64,000 bases of DNA from an uncultured Desulfosarcina sp. (GCA_963674945.2 CAXXWQ010000003.1:768001-832000), one strand, 5' to 3'; shown: positions 1-10,843, numbered from the stretch's first letter. A program made the numbers and translations. Notes: generated from the letters alone by a model not told the origin.

Positions 1-5
1 ACCCC

Positions 6-611
6 ATGCTGCTCACCATCAATCCCGACAACCCCCAACAGCGGATGATCGACCGGGTGGCGAATATATTGAAGAGCGGTGGCCTGATCGCCTATCCCAC
101 CGACACCATTTACGGCATCGGATGCGATATCATGAACAAGCGTGCCATCGAACGCATCTATCAATTAAAACAGCGAAGCAAAAAACAGCCGTTCAGTTTC
201 ATTTGTGCAGATCTGAAAAACATCAGCCAATACGCCAAAGTCTCCAACTATGCCTATAAAACCATGAAGCGTCTGCTGCCGGGTCCCTACACCTTCATTC
301 TCACCGGATCCAAACTGGTCCCAAAGATCATGCTTACCAAGCGCAAGACCGCCGGTATTCGGGTCCCGGACAACAATATTTGCCTGGCCCTGGTGCAGGC
401 TTTGGGAAACCCCATTATCTCTACGAGTGCCACGATGCCCGATGGAGAGATGATTCACGAACCGTTTTTAATCGATGAACATTTCGGATCCAGGTTGGAT
501 GTGGTAATCGATGGCGGGCAGGTTTCAGGAATGCCATCCAGCGTGGTTTCACTGGAGGATGACATTCCGGAAATCATACGCGAGGGACTCGGAGACGTCA
601 GTACACTATAA
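6..611 (+). CDS. Sua5/YciO/YrdC-family protein (threonylcarbamoyl-AMP synthase-like)
   Basis: 201 aa; motifs IAYPTDTIYGIGC, LLPGPYTFIL, GIRVPD, PIISTSA. Confidence 0.9.
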   Translation: MLLTINPDNPQQRMIDRVANILKSGGLIAYPTDTIYGIGCDIMNKRAIERIYQLKQRSKKQPFSFICADLKNISQYAKVSNYAYKTMKRLLPGPYTFILTGSKLVPKIMLTKRKTAGIRVPDNNICLALVQALGNPIISTSATMPDGEMIHEPFLIDEHFGSRLDVVIDGGQVSGMPSSVVSLEDDIPEIIREGLGDVSTL

Positions 612-618
612 AATTGGG

Positions 619-1515
619 TTAGGATCCGTCGGGAAGATAGCGGAACTGAGCAGTCACGCCGGGATGGAGTACACGCGAAACCAGATTGGAGAGGGAAGAA
701 GAGAGGAGATAACGCAGCATCGAAAGTTTTTCATCCCTGGCGTAGATCGGAACCACCCTGCCTTCGATGCCGCCCAGTTCACCTGCCCATGCCAGCGCAT
801 CTTCGAAGTTCCCCAACCGATCCACCAGTCCCTTGGCTTTCGCCTCTTCGCCGGTGAAAATCCTTCCATCGGCCGCACTCGCCACCTTCTCTCGATCCAT
901 GTTCCTGCCTTCGGCAATGGCCGAGACGAATTGTTCATGGATGCCGCTGGTGATGGATTGCAGGATTTTTCTTTCGTCGTCTTGCATTTCTCGTGTCGGG
1001 GACCCGGTATCTTTGTAAGGGCCGCTTTTGATCACGACAGGAACCATACCGATTTTGTCCAGCAGTTTTCTGAAATTGGTGTAGCCCATGATTACACCGA
1101 TACTGCCGGTAATGGTGCCTGGGTTGGCTACGATGCCATCGGCCGCGCAGGCGACATAGTATCCACCCGATGCGGCAATCGCACCCATGGATGCGATCAC
1201 CTTTTTCGAACCGACGGTCTTTCGGATCTCCCGGTAAATCTCCTGGGATGGGCCCACTGCGCCTCCCGGAGAATCGATGCGAATGACGATGGCTTTGATA
1301 TCCTCGTCTTCCCGAAACCGACGGATGTGCTCGAGAACGATACGGGCATCGGAAATGGCACCTTCGATTTCCACCACACCGACCCCCACGCCACCCGGAT
1401 CGACGGAAGATCTACCCATCCATGCCCCGAGGATCATCACCCCTAATACCAAGCCACCAAAAATCGCAAAGGAGGAGAGAAGGAAGAAAAGATAGGGGTG
1501 ACGCCTTGAAAACAT
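619..1515 (-). CDS. sppA: signal peptide peptidase SppA (short form)
   Basis: N-terminal TM; RIDSPGG, SMGAIAASGGYY, GSIGV, SGPYKD motifs. Confidence 0.95.
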   Translation of the reverse strand: MFSRRHPYLFFLLSSFAIFGGLVLGVMILGAWMGRSSVDPGGVGVGVVEIEGAISDARIVLEHIRRFREDEDIKAIVIRIDSPGGAVGPSQEIYREIRKTVGSKKVIASMGAIAASGGYYVACAADGIVANPGTITGSIGVIMGYTNFRKLLDKIGMVPVVIKSGPYKDTGSPTREMQDDERKILQSITSGIHEQFVSAIAEGRNMDREKVASAADGRIFTGEEAKAKGLVDRLGNFEDALAWAGELGGIEGRVVPIYARDEKLSMLRYLLSSSLSNLVSRVLHPGVTAQFRYLPDGS

Positions 1516-1697
1516 GACAATCTCCCGAATGTTGTTTTCTGATGATTTCGAAAAAACGGGATTCGGCCGTTGCTGATAAGAAAAAGAGTACCCACACGAA
1601 TCGGACGAAAAAATCGAAATTGGATAAATGACGAACGATCAATGCCGGTATGGTGAAGTTTCAATCCACCGGCATTGATCGCAATCTAAGGAAAGAG

Positions 1698-3437
1698 CTA
1701 TTCGTCGTTGTTGAGCTTCTCTTGCAGATTCTCGCGCAGGATTTCTCCGAAGCTGGACGTAGCCGGCCCCATGTTGTTAACGTATTCGGACAGAAGTTCC
1801 TGATCGTCTTCCATGTCCAGCCGCTTGATGGAAAGACCAATGCGCCGCTCGTCACTGTTGATGTTCATCACCTTGGCGGTCAGCACCTGCCCCATTTCAA
1901 ACTGGCCTACCGGTGTCTTGATTTTCTCTTTGCTGATCTCCGAGACATGTACCAAGCCTTCGATGCCCTCTTCCAGTTCAACGAAAACACCGAAGTCGGT
2001 TACATTGGTGACGGTCCCGGTGATCTCCTTGCCCACTTCGTAGCGCTCCGCCACGGTGTCCCATGGATCGGACTGCAGTTGCTTGATTCCCAGGGAAAAA
2101 CGTTCTTGTTCCTTGTCGATCTCCAAAACGATGGCCTGGACCACGTCCCCCTTCTTGTATACCTCGGAAGGATGTTTGATTCGTTTCGTCCATGAAATAT
2201 CGGAGATGTGAACCAAACCGTCGATCCCCTCGTCAATTCCGATGAAAAGGCCGAAATCCGTGATATTCTTGATCTTGCCTTCGATGGTGGTGCCAACGGG
2301 GTATTTGTCGCTGATCACGTCCCAGGGGTTGGGCGCGGCTTGCTTCATGCCCAGGGAAATTCGCCGGTTTTCCGGTTTGATGTCCAATACCACGGCATCG
2401 ACGATCTCGCCCACGGAGACCACTTTGGAGGGATGACGGACTTTTCGCGTCCATGACATTTCCGAGACATGAATCAGTCCTTCGATTCCTTCTTCCAGTT
2501 CGACGAAGGCACCATAATCGGTCAGACTGACAACCTTTCCGCTGATCCGGGAACCGATGGGATACTTTTCACTGGCACTTGCCCACGGATCTTCCGTAAG
2601 CTGCTTCATTCCTAACGAGACACGTTCTCGTTCCAAATCCAGACTCAAGATCTTTACGTCGATCTCGTCGCCGACGGCAAACAACTCAGAGGGGTGCTTG
2701 ACCCGGCCCCATGAAATATCGGTAATATGCAAAAGACCGTCCACGCCTCCCAGGTCCACGAAAACGCCGTACTCGGTGAGGTTCTTGACGATACCGGGTA
2801 CCACTTTTCCCTCGTGGATGGTTGCAAGGGTCTTTGTCCGTTTCTCCTCACGCTCCTCTTCCAGCAGTACACGCCGGGAAAGAACGATATTGCTTCGTTT
2901 GCGGTTGTACTTCAGAATTTTGAAATCAAACTCCTTGCCGACCATTTCGTCCAGATTGCGAATGGGACGCAGGTCCGCCTGGGACCCGGGCAAGAATGCC
3001 TGAACGCCGATATCCACGGAAAAGCCACCCTTGACGCGATTGGTGATCATTCCCGTGATGGTTTCGTCGGCTTCATGACGCTTCTTGATGTCATCCCAGA
3101 CCTTGACCTTTTCGGCCTTCTCCTTGGACAGGACCACCACTTCGTTCTCGTCATCCCACCATTCCACCATCACTTCCACGGTGTCACCCACCTTCGCGGT
3201 GACCTCCCCATCCACTTCGAATTCACGGATACGAATCTGGCCTTCCGATTTGTATCCGATATCCACTAGGACATGCTCTTTGTCCACGGAGATGATTTTT
3301 CCGTTGACGACTTCCCCTTCTGCGAAGCGTTTGAAACTCTCTTCGTACAAGTCCATGAGTTCCGCCATGCTTTCGCCGGTGACGCTGTCTTTCTCGATTG
3401 GTTCTTCTGATGTTTCGTTGTCTGCAAAGTTGTCCAT
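1698..3437 (-). CDS. rpsA: 30S ribosomal protein S1
   Basis: 579 aa with tandem S1 domains (GVFVDLGGVDGLLHITDISW-type repeats). Confidence 0.98.
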   Translation of the reverse strand: MDNFADNETSEEPIEKDSVTGESMAELMDLYEESFKRFAEGEVVNGKIISVDKEHVLVDIGYKSEGQIRIREFEVDGEVTAKVGDTVEVMVEWWDDENEVVVLSKEKAEKVKVWDDIKKRHEADETITGMITNRVKGGFSVDIGVQAFLPGSQADLRPIRNLDEMVGKEFDFKILKYNRKRSNIVLSRRVLLEEEREEKRTKTLATIHEGKVVPGIVKNLTEYGVFVDLGGVDGLLHITDISWGRVKHPSELFAVGDEIDVKILSLDLERERVSLGMKQLTEDPWASASEKYPIGSRISGKVVSLTDYGAFVELEEGIEGLIHVSEMSWTRKVRHPSKVVSVGEIVDAVVLDIKPENRRISLGMKQAAPNPWDVISDKYPVGTTIEGKIKNITDFGLFIGIDEGIDGLVHISDISWTKRIKHPSEVYKKGDVVQAIVLEIDKEQERFSLGIKQLQSDPWDTVAERYEVGKEITGTVTNVTDFGVFVELEEGIEGLVHVSEISKEKIKTPVGQFEMGQVLTAKVMNINSDERRIGLSIKRLDMEDDQELLSEYVNNMGPATSSFGEILRENLQEKLNNDE

Positions 3438-3540
3438 TGACCGATGATTACCCCCTTAGCCTCATTTATTTTGCTGCAAATACATATGTATCCAGCATAG
3501 CCTAAAAGCTATACAGAAATTTATTTACAAATGCAATGGT

Positions 3541-4200
3541 TTATTTCTCCAAGGCACCAATCACATCCAGCATGCGGTCGACCACTTGTCGGGCCGTGAT
3601 TGTTGTTGAGTCGATGGTTAGCGCGTCTTCTGCGGCGCGAAGCGGGGCGATGTCCCGGCTGCTGTCGTCGTCATCCCGCCGGCGGATATCGGCCTCGATC
3701 TGTTCGAGGGTTTGCGCCCCCGCCTTGCCATATTGTTCGAAACGCCGTAGTGCGCGTTGCGTAACCGAGGCGTTGAGGAAGAATTTAACATCCGCCAAGG
3801 GGAAGACAACCGTTCCCATGTCACGTCCCTCGGCAACCAGCGCCTTTTGTTTTCCCAGATCGCGTTGTATTCCCAAAAGCGCCTGCCTGACGACCGGACG
3901 GGCGGAGACCGCCGAAGCCATCATGGTGATCTCCGGCGAACGGATTTGATCGGTGATGTCCACGCCTCCTGCGATCATTCGGTCTTGGGACATGTCAAGT
4001 TCCAGAGCGTCGCAAAGAATTTTCAGGCCAAGATCGTCATCCGGTGAAACGTTGTCGGCCCGGGCGGACCATGCCACGGCACGGTACAAGGCACCGGTAT
4101 CCAGATACCGATACCCCAGGTGTCGGGCAAGCATCTTGCTGACCGTCGTTTTTCCTGCACCGGCGGGCCCGTCGATGGTGATCAGGTATTTTTTTTTCAA
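3541..4200 (-). CDS. cmk: cytidylate kinase
   Basis: ITIDGPAGAGKTT, YLDTGALYRA, EGRDMGTVVFP; directly upstream of rpsA. Confidence 0.97.
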   Translation of the reverse strand: MKKKYLITIDGPAGAGKTTVSKMLARHLGYRYLDTGALYRAVAWSARADNVSPDDDLGLKILCDALELDMSQDRMIAGGVDITDQIRSPEITMMASAVSARPVVRQALLGIQRDLGKQKALVAEGRDMGTVVFPLADVKFFLNASVTQRALRRFEQYGKAGAQTLEQIEADIRRRDDDDSSRDIAPLRAAEDALTIDSTTITARQVVDRMLDVIGALEK

Positions 4201-4209
4201 GGCGATCTC

Positions 4210-5307
4210 CTATTGGGATAGCACGGTGGAAAGCGCATCGATAAAACGCCGATTCTCCGATTCACGCCCTACGTTGATGCGAATATAGTTCGGGTAACCA
4301 TAGGAACGCATGGATCGGATGATCACACCTTCGTGCAGCATCCTTTCGAATACCGCGTCGGCAGGCCGATTCACATCAATGAGAAAAAAATTGGTCTCGG
4401 TGGGGAAATAGGTGAGCCCCATGCGATCCAACGCAGCGTAGAGCATGTCCAGCCCACGATGCACCAGGTCTACCGTCTCTTCCAAAAACGTCCGGTCATC
4501 CAGTGCCGCAACCGCAGCCGCCTGGGCGATACTGTTTACGTTAAAGGGCTGCCGAACCCTGTTGAGCACCTCGGCCAACGCTGCCGGCATGATACCATAC
4601 CCCACGCGCAGCCCTGCAAGACCGTATACTTTGGAAAAGGTACGCAACGTCACAAGGGGTCTGTCCAGATCCGACGGCCTTCCGGATTTCAAACAATCCG
4701 ATCGCCTGGCAAATTCGATATAGGCCTCGTCCACCACCACCACCACATGGTCGGGCAACCGATCCACGAATCTGTCGAATTCGTTCTGGGTGACCACCGT
4801 TCCCGTCGGGTTGTTGGGGTTGCAAACGAAAATCAACCGGGTCCGTCCTTCCACCCGATCGGCCATGGCGTCTAAGTCCATGACCATCTCTTTCAATGGA
4901 ACGGTGTCGACCACAGCACCGGCAGCCCTTGCACAGATATCGTACATGAGAAAAGAGGGAGACGGCACAACGACCCGATCCCCGGGCGTAACCAGGGCGC
5001 GCACCAGGATCGCGATGATGTCGTCCGAACCGTTCCCCATGACGATATTGGCCGGGGCGACACCATTGGCATCGGCGATTTTCCGGATCAGCCGATGGCC
5101 GGCGCCATCGGGGTATCGATGAAGCGTATCAACCGATTGCAAAATGGCCTCAATCGCCATTGGAGAAGGTCCTAAGGGATTTTCATTGGACGCCAGCTTG
5201 ATGGAATCCCGGATGCCGTATTCGCGCTCCAGTTCCTCAATGGGTTTTCCGGGGACGTATGGATCGATGGACCGGATATATTCGGGTATGGAAAGCTTCA
5301 TGTTCAA
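4210..5307 (-). CDS. hisC: histidinol-phosphate aminotransferase
   Basis: KLASNENP, CNPNNPTG, VDEAY, RTFSKVYGLAGLRVGY (PLP lysine). Confidence 0.95.
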   Translation of the reverse strand: MNMKLSIPEYIRSIDPYVPGKPIEELEREYGIRDSIKLASNENPLGPSPMAIEAILQSVDTLHRYPDGAGHRLIRKIADANGVAPANIVMGNGSDDIIAILVRALVTPGDRVVVPSPSFLMYDICARAAGAVVDTVPLKEMVMDLDAMADRVEGRTRLIFVCNPNNPTGTVVTQNEFDRFVDRLPDHVVVVVDEAYIEFARRSDCLKSGRPSDLDRPLVTLRTFSKVYGLAGLRVGYGIMPAALAEVLNRVRQPFNVNSIAQAAAVAALDDRTFLEETVDLVHRGLDMLYAALDRMGLTYFPTETNFFLIDVNRPADAVFERMLHEGVIIRSMRSYGYPNYIRINVGRESENRRFIDALSTVLSQ

Positions 5308-5324
5308 CCACCAGAATTACAATT

Positions 5325-5384
5325 GACGGATTCGTAAAAAATCCGATATCGGTGTTACGCTTCATCCTTCGTCACTGCGGCGTA
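5325..5384 (-). repeat. partial copy of MITE-like element family A
   Basis: Matches the reverse complement of 16048..16107 with few mismatches; intergenic. Confidence 0.85.
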
Positions 5385-5406
5385 CGATAACCGCGAGAAG
5401 AATTAT

Positions 5407-5943
5407 TTAGGGGCGACCAGCCTCTTCCCCGGCTTCCACCGCTTTCATGTTCAAAGGAATCAGTTTGGGCTTTTTGCTGAATTCTTCTTCGATGCATTTT
5501 TTAAGAGTGTCCATGGGAACGATACCGCTGCGTGCGATGAATGCGGAAAGGGCGACGATATTGGCCGCCTTGACACTGCCCAGCTTATTTGCAATATCGA
5601 TTACCGGCACCCGAAGTTCGTCCACATCATCCCGATTGGCGCCGAAGGAGATCAGAGAGCTGTTGACAAAAATGACACCACCCTTTTTCACGGTTGGGGC
5701 AAACTTCTCCAGAGAGGGACCGTTCATGGCCACCAGATGTCTGGGATTCTTGATGATGGGCGAACCAATGGGGCGGTCAGCGATGACGACCGTGCAATAG
5801 GCCGTCCCCCCCCGCATCTCCGGTCCGTAGGACGGGACCCAGACCACCTCATACCCCTCTTCCATGGCAGCATGAGCCAGGATTTTCCCCATCAATAAGA
5901 TCCCCTGACCACCGAACCCGGCAAACATGACTTCACTCTGCAT
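5407..5943 (-). CDS. 2-oxoacid:ferredoxin oxidoreductase gamma subunit
   Basis: FAGFGGQGI, PSYGPEMRGG; start set at MQSEV, after a GGAG RBS. Confidence 0.93.
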   Translation of the reverse strand: MQSEVMFAGFGGQGILLMGKILAHAAMEEGYEVVWVPSYGPEMRGGTAYCTVVIADRPIGSPIIKNPRHLVAMNGPSLEKFAPTVKKGGVIFVNSSLISFGANRDDVDELRVPVIDIANKLGSVKAANIVALSAFIARSGIVPMDTLKKCIEEEFSKKPKLIPLNMKAVEAGEEAGRP

Positions 5944-5983
5944 TCTTCTGACTCCTCCCGTTGTTTTCGACATGCTTTAGGGG

Positions 5984-6718
5984 TTAAGGGACCTTATAGT
6001 CGCCCGGTTGGTAGTAAGCCAAAAGGGTCTTTTCCGTCCATTCCACTGCCTGCACCGGTGTCATGCCCCAGTTGGTGGGACAGGTGCTCACCACCTCCAC
6101 GAAGCTAAAGCACTTGTTTTCCAATTGGTAGGTAAATGCCTGTTTTATCGCTTTTTTGGCCTTGTTGATGTATTTTGGCTTTATGACGGTTTGCCGGGTG
6201 ACATAGGCCGGCGTCTGCAAGGCGGCGATGAGTTCGGCGACCTTGATGGGCATTCCCACCTCCTGCACATCGCGCCCCATCGGTGACGTGGTGGTTCGCT
6301 GGCCCGGCATGGTGGTGGGCGCCATTTGTCCGCCGGTCATGCCGTATACGGCATTGTTTACAAAGATGGTCGTGAATTTTTCTCCCCGGTTCGCCGCATG
6401 GATGATCTCGCCCATGCCGATGCTGGCCAGATCACCGTCTCCTTGATACGTGAAAACAATCAGGTCGGGACGTACACGCTTGATACCCGTTGCCATGGCC
6501 GGTGCACGTCCATGGGCCGCCTCCTGAAAGTCACAGTCGATGTAATTATAGGCCATTACGGCGCAGCCGACAGGGGAAATCCCCACCGTCCGGCCTTGAA
6601 TTCCCAGTTCATCGATGGTCTCGGCCACGAGGCGATGGATCACACCGTGGGTGCAACCCGGACAATAGTGGGTGTGGGCATCGGAAAGGGATACTGGTTT
6701 TGAAAATGTCTTTCCCAT
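5984..6718 (-). CDS. 2-oxoacid:ferredoxin oxidoreductase beta (TPP-binding) subunit, Vor-like
   Basis: YCPGCTHG, HGRAPA, GDGD, NNAVYGMTGGQMAPT, CPTNW. Confidence 0.93.
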   Translation of the reverse strand: MGKTFSKPVSLSDAHTHYCPGCTHGVIHRLVAETIDELGIQGRTVGISPVGCAVMAYNYIDCDFQEAAHGRAPAMATGIKRVRPDLIVFTYQGDGDLASIGMGEIIHAANRGEKFTTIFVNNAVYGMTGGQMAPTTMPGQRTTTSPMGRDVQEVGMPIKVAELIAALQTPAYVTRQTVIKPKYINKAKKAIKQAFTYQLENKCFSFVEVVSTCPTNWGMTPVQAVEWTEKTLLAYYQPGDYKVP

Positions 6719-6767
6719 CTAATTTACTCCCTTGGTTCACTCCTTGGCTTGTTCGTCTCTCACCGCT

Positions 6768-7841
6768 TCATCCGGCCATGCGGGCCTTCACCTCGTCGAT
6801 GACTTCCTCGGGCGTCGGGACTTCTCCACCGCACTTTCCGTACCAGCTGACCGGTCGAGATCCCAGTACGCTGAGCATGACATCTTCCACCATTTGCCCC
6901 ATACTCATCTCCACGCTGAGCACGTGGGAACAAGAGGCCTTGGCCGCCGCTTCACGAACGGCCTTGTCGGGAAAGGGAAACAGGGTCTTGGGACGGACCA
7001 TTCCCACTTCGATCCCCTCTTCCTTAAGCATGTCGATGGCCGTGCGACAGACCCGGCTCATGGTGCCGAAGCTGACAATCAGTACCTTGTAGTCTCCATC
7101 GATGTTGTAGGCTTCGGATTGGACGTCCTCTTGTCTCATCCGATCGTATTTGGCCTTTAGGGCCAGGTTGTTGTCGTTTAAGGCAACGGGATCCAAAAAC
7201 AGGGATTTGACCAGATTCCGTGTCTTGCTTCCCCGATGGTCCATACCATTGGAAGCCCATTCGTCCTTGTTGGTGGGCTCGGTTTTCAGGTGATCGGGAA
7301 ATTCGACCGGTTCCATCATCTGGCCGATGAGGCCGTCACCGAGCACCATCACCGGATTGCGGTATTTTTCCGCCAGCGGAAATGCCCGCATGACCATTTC
7401 CGCGGCTTCCTGCACGCTGGCCGGTGCCATGACAAACATTCGGCAGTCGCCGTGACCGATGCCCTTGGTGGCCTGGAAGTAATCTCCCTGGGAGGGCAGG
7501 ATTCCCCCCAGGCCCGGTCCGCCCCGAACGATATTGACGAATACCGCCGGCAGTTGGGCACCGGCAAGATAGCTGATGGCCTCGCTCATCAGGCTGATTC
7601 CCGGACTGGAGGAGGTTGTAAAGACACGGGCACCGGCACCGGCGGCCCCGAAAAGCATGTATCCTACGGCAACCTCGCTCTCCCCTTGCAGAAAGACACC
7701 TCCCACTTCCGGCATTCGGCGAGCCAGATACTCCGCCACTTCGGATTGCGGAGTGATGGGATAGGCGAAATAATTCAGGCAACCGGCACGGATGGCCGCT
7801 TCACCGATGGCTTCGTTTCCCTTCATCAAGACCTTTGACAT
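6768..7841 (-). CDS. 2-oxoacid:ferredoxin oxidoreductase alpha subunit, 3-methyl-2-oxobutanoate (Vor)-like
   Basis: KGNEAIGEAA, YPITPQSE, ESEVA, RGGPGLG; start at MSKVL after a GGAG RBS. Confidence 0.92.
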   Translation of the reverse strand: MSKVLMKGNEAIGEAAIRAGCLNYFAYPITPQSEVAEYLARRMPEVGGVFLQGESEVAVGYMLFGAAGAGARVFTTSSSPGISLMSEAISYLAGAQLPAVFVNIVRGGPGLGGILPSQGDYFQATKGIGHGDCRMFVMAPASVQEAAEMVMRAFPLAEKYRNPVMVLGDGLIGQMMEPVEFPDHLKTEPTNKDEWASNGMDHRGSKTRNLVKSLFLDPVALNDNNLALKAKYDRMRQEDVQSEAYNIDGDYKVLIVSFGTMSRVCRTAIDMLKEEGIEVGMVRPKTLFPFPDKAVREAAAKASCSHVLSVEMSMGQMVEDVMLSVLGSRPVSWYGKCGGEVPTPEEVIDEVKARMAG

Positions 7842-7863
7842 GGGCTCCTCCATAGAACGCGAT

Positions 7864-8088
7864 TCAGGCGTCGGATTCTTCGGTTTCCGTGATGGTGATG
7901 GCCACATCCGGGCACATAATGCAACACATGGTACAATGAATACAGTCCTCCGGACGCGCCTGAAATACGGGGAAATATCCTTTGGCATTCACCTGGGAAG
8001 AAATTTCCAAAACATTTTTCGGACAAACGGTGACGCACAGTCCGCACCCCTTGCACCGATCCTTTTCAATATTGTGCTGATATGCCAT
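7864..8088 (-). CDS. 2x[4Fe-4S] ferredoxin (delta subunit)
   Basis: two CxxCxxCxxxCP motifs. Confidence 0.93.
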   Translation of the reverse strand: MAYQHNIEKDRCKGCGLCVTVCPKNVLEISSQVNAKGYFPVFQARPEDCIHCTMCCIMCPDVAITITETEESDA

Positions 8089-8125
8089 CGATCTGCTCCT
8101 TTTCAGATGGAATGCATCTGTTGAC

Positions 8126-8833
8126 TCAGCATTCATCGGAATCGAGATTTTCCGCCCGAATCCACGGCGGCGTCAGCTGTCGATTCACCGGCAGTATTGG
8201 ACACTGGATAGCCTTTTTATCCAACCGGGTCAACAGGGTCTTGGCCACGGTCACGAACATCAATGGAATGTCTGCCGCATCGGCCACCTTTCGGCAAAAG
8301 GCGTATCCCGAAATGATGTCATGTACGGTCGTCTCTTCCATGAAATTGGCATTGCCGACGATACCGTTGATGGCCATCTTTGCCTTGGCTTCGATCTGCC
8401 GGCGAATCAAAAGACAGCCGTCAACCGTATCGGTGTACGGTCGATAGGGATTGACCACCTGGAGGAGATGAAACGTCTTGCCGGAAAATGCGTCGGCCAA
8501 GGCGGCGAGCACCGTCGCACCCGCGTCGTCTCCGCCGACATCCAACAATGTCAGATCCACCGGTGACCGTATCATACCTGCCACTTTGGGATCGAGAATG
8601 GGCAGATCGGCGTGCATGAACTGCGTCGGTGGCAATACGACGTCGATGCCCAGTCTGCCCAGCGCATGGCGCGCCTGGCGCGTGCGAAAATAGGGATTGA
8701 CCAGATCCAGATCCGCGATGCGAACGCGTCTTCCCTTGGAACGCATATGCGCTGCCAGGTTGACGGCGACCTCGGTCTTCCCGCTGCCATAAGCACCGAC
8801 GAGGATGACGATGCCACCCATATCGAGATCCAT
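8126..8833 (-). CDS. P-loop ATP-binding protein (MinD/CobQ-like) at the head of the oxidoreductase operon
   Basis: GAYGSGKT, ADLDLVNPYFR, DVGGD. Confidence 0.8.
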   Translation of the reverse strand: MDLDMGGIVILVGAYGSGKTEVAVNLAAHMRSKGRRVRIADLDLVNPYFRTRQARHALGRLGIDVVLPPTQFMHADLPILDPKVAGMIRSPVDLTLLDVGGDDAGATVLAALADAFSGKTFHLLQVVNPYRPYTDTVDGCLLIRRQIEAKAKMAINGIVGNANFMEETTVHDIISGYAFCRKVADAADIPLMFVTVAKTLLTRLDKKAIQCPILPVNRQLTPPWIRAENLDSDEC

Positions 8834-9103
8834 CGATAAAAGGTCCTTTGCTTTTGTTCGTTTGCGTCCTGATCGATCGAAGGCCAAATGTGAACGGTAC
8901 CGGTCAGCTTGCAGCGGAGTGTGCCAATGAATGTCGGGATAGCGCGGCCAATACTCGGTCCCATCAAAACGGAAAAACAGACTACATATTTAGAAAATGT
9001 TGTTGTGTCAAGATATTTGCCTACACTTTCGCCTTTCGCCGGTGAAAAGGGTGTGGTACACAGCCTTCATCGGTCCTTTTCCCATCAGGAGAATCTTCAA
9101 CCC

Positions 9104-10282
9104 ATGCCAACGGTAACCACAGGATTAGAAGTCTTATTGCATGATCCTCCGAAATCGGTTCGCGGCAAGCGTTTGGGGCTTTTGTGCAATCCGGCTTCCG
9201 TGGATCGCCATCTGGTTCATGGACGCCACCTCATCCATCAAAAATTGCCCGGGCAGCTCAAGGCATTATACTCCCCACAGCACGGATTTTTCGCTGAAAA
9301 GCAGGACAACATGATCGAATCCACAGACCGGTGTGATCCGTCAACCGGACTGCCGGTATTTTCCCTTTACGGAAGCACCCGGATCCCCACCCGCGACATG
9401 ATGGACCCCATCGACATCATGCTGGTGGACCTGCAGGATGTCGGCACACGGGTATACACGTTCATCTACACTCTCTCCCATTGTATGGAGGCTGCCCGAA
9501 AATACGGGAAACAGATCATGGTGTTGGATCGTCCCAATCCCATCGGTGGGATCCAGGTGGAGGGCAATCTGTTGGCCGCCGATTGCGCTTCCTTTGTCGG
9601 GCGTTATCCCATCCCCATGCGTCACGGCCTTACCATCGGAGAGATCGCCATCTTGTTCAACACCTGCTTCTCCATAGGCTGTGAGTTGAAGGTCGTCACC
9701 ATGGAGGGATGGCGCCGAAATATGCTTTTTGCAGACACCGGGCTCACCTGGGTGGCGCCGTCTCCGAATCTGCCGACGCCGACATCGGCCCTGGTGTACC
9801 CGGGACAGGTGATCTGGGAAGGTACGAACGTCTCCGAGGGACGGGGCACGACCCAACCCTTCGAACTGTTCGGGGCGCCTTATCTTGATCCACAACGGTT
9901 GTTGTCCAAAATGGATGAACAGGTGATGAAAGGTGTTGCACTCCGGCCGCTGGAATTCGAACCCACGGCCAACAAATGGGCAGGACAATCATGCAGGGGG
10001 TTCCAGATCCACGTTTTGGACCCCGGGGTCTACGCCCCGTACTCCCTTTCGTTGAATCTTTACCAGGCGATCTATCATACCTATCCGGACCGGTTCAGCT
10101 ATAAGCAACCACCCTATGAGTATGAATTCGAACGCCTTCCCATGGATCTGATACTGGGTGACCGGAACCTGCGGTCCCTGATCGAGGCGGACACCCCGAT
10201 TCCCGAAATCGTTACGACCTGGCAAGAAGATACGACCGAATATAGGAAGAACATCGATCCGGTGCTTCTTTATCACGATTGA
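9104..10282 (+). CDS. namZ: exo-beta-N-acetylmuramidase NamZ (DUF1343/YbbC family)
   Basis: SPQHG, SLYG, DLQDVGTRVYTF, LDRPNP, PSPNLP, SEGRGTTQPFE. Confidence 0.88.
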   Translation: MPTVTTGLEVLLHDPPKSVRGKRLGLLCNPASVDRHLVHGRHLIHQKLPGQLKALYSPQHGFFAEKQDNMIESTDRCDPSTGLPVFSLYGSTRIPTRDMMDPIDIMLVDLQDVGTRVYTFIYTLSHCMEAARKYGKQIMVLDRPNPIGGIQVEGNLLAADCASFVGRYPIPMRHGLTIGEIAILFNTCFSIGCELKVVTMEGWRRNMLFADTGLTWVAPSPNLPTPTSALVYPGQVIWEGTNVSEGRGTTQPFELFGAPYLDPQRLLSKMDEQVMKGVALRPLEFEPTANKWAGQSCRGFQIHVLDPGVYAPYSLSLNLYQAIYHTYPDRFSYKQPPYEYEFERLPMDLILGDRNLRSLIEADTPIPEIVTTWQEDTTEYRKNIDPVLLYHD

Positions 10283-10287
10283 TGCGG

Positions 10288-10602
10288 CTATTTAACGATG
10301 CGTAGGACGTGTGTCTCTTGCAGTTTCTGCCACATGGCACGAATAATCACCATTGCCGGGTCGGCCGGTTCTCCGGACTGTGCACAAGTCGTGAGGCAGT
10401 CGGAAAGCAGCATATCGTTGCCGCTGTACAATCGAAAATCCTGGGCGATTTGACGTCCCACCATATGATTGACCAGATCCAACTCTTCCGGTGTCATCCC
10501 CGAAAGTCGGGTTCGATCCAGTAGGGGAAGATCGGACAGAAGCATGTCCACCGCATCTTCGATGGTAGTTGGCAGTTCGATGATAAGGGGTTTAGGAAAC
10601 AT
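10288..10602 (-). CDS. conserved hypothetical protein
   Basis: 104 aa ORF with an AGGT RBS-like sequence; plausible composition. Confidence 0.65.
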   Translation of the reverse strand: MFPKPLIIELPTTIEDAVDMLLSDLPLLDRTRLSGMTPEELDLVNHMVGRQIAQDFRLYSGNDMLLSDCLTTCAQSGEPADPAMVIIRAMWQKLQETHVLRIVK

Positions 10603-10843
10603 GAGAACCTACTTTCAAGAGCACGAAAACGAAGATTGAAGAATAACAGCAACTTTTCAGCTATTTCCCCACAACGGCATTGATTGGGCCGATGTAACAA
10701 GACGACGTCGCCGAAAAACCGCATGCCACCTGCCTTACATGTCGGTTGTTCGGACCGAAACTTTAGCCTTTTATAGAAATCTGGATTCGTTGTCAAATCA
10801 ATGGATGGATGACGAAAGAACACCAAATGGAGTGACGACAGAC

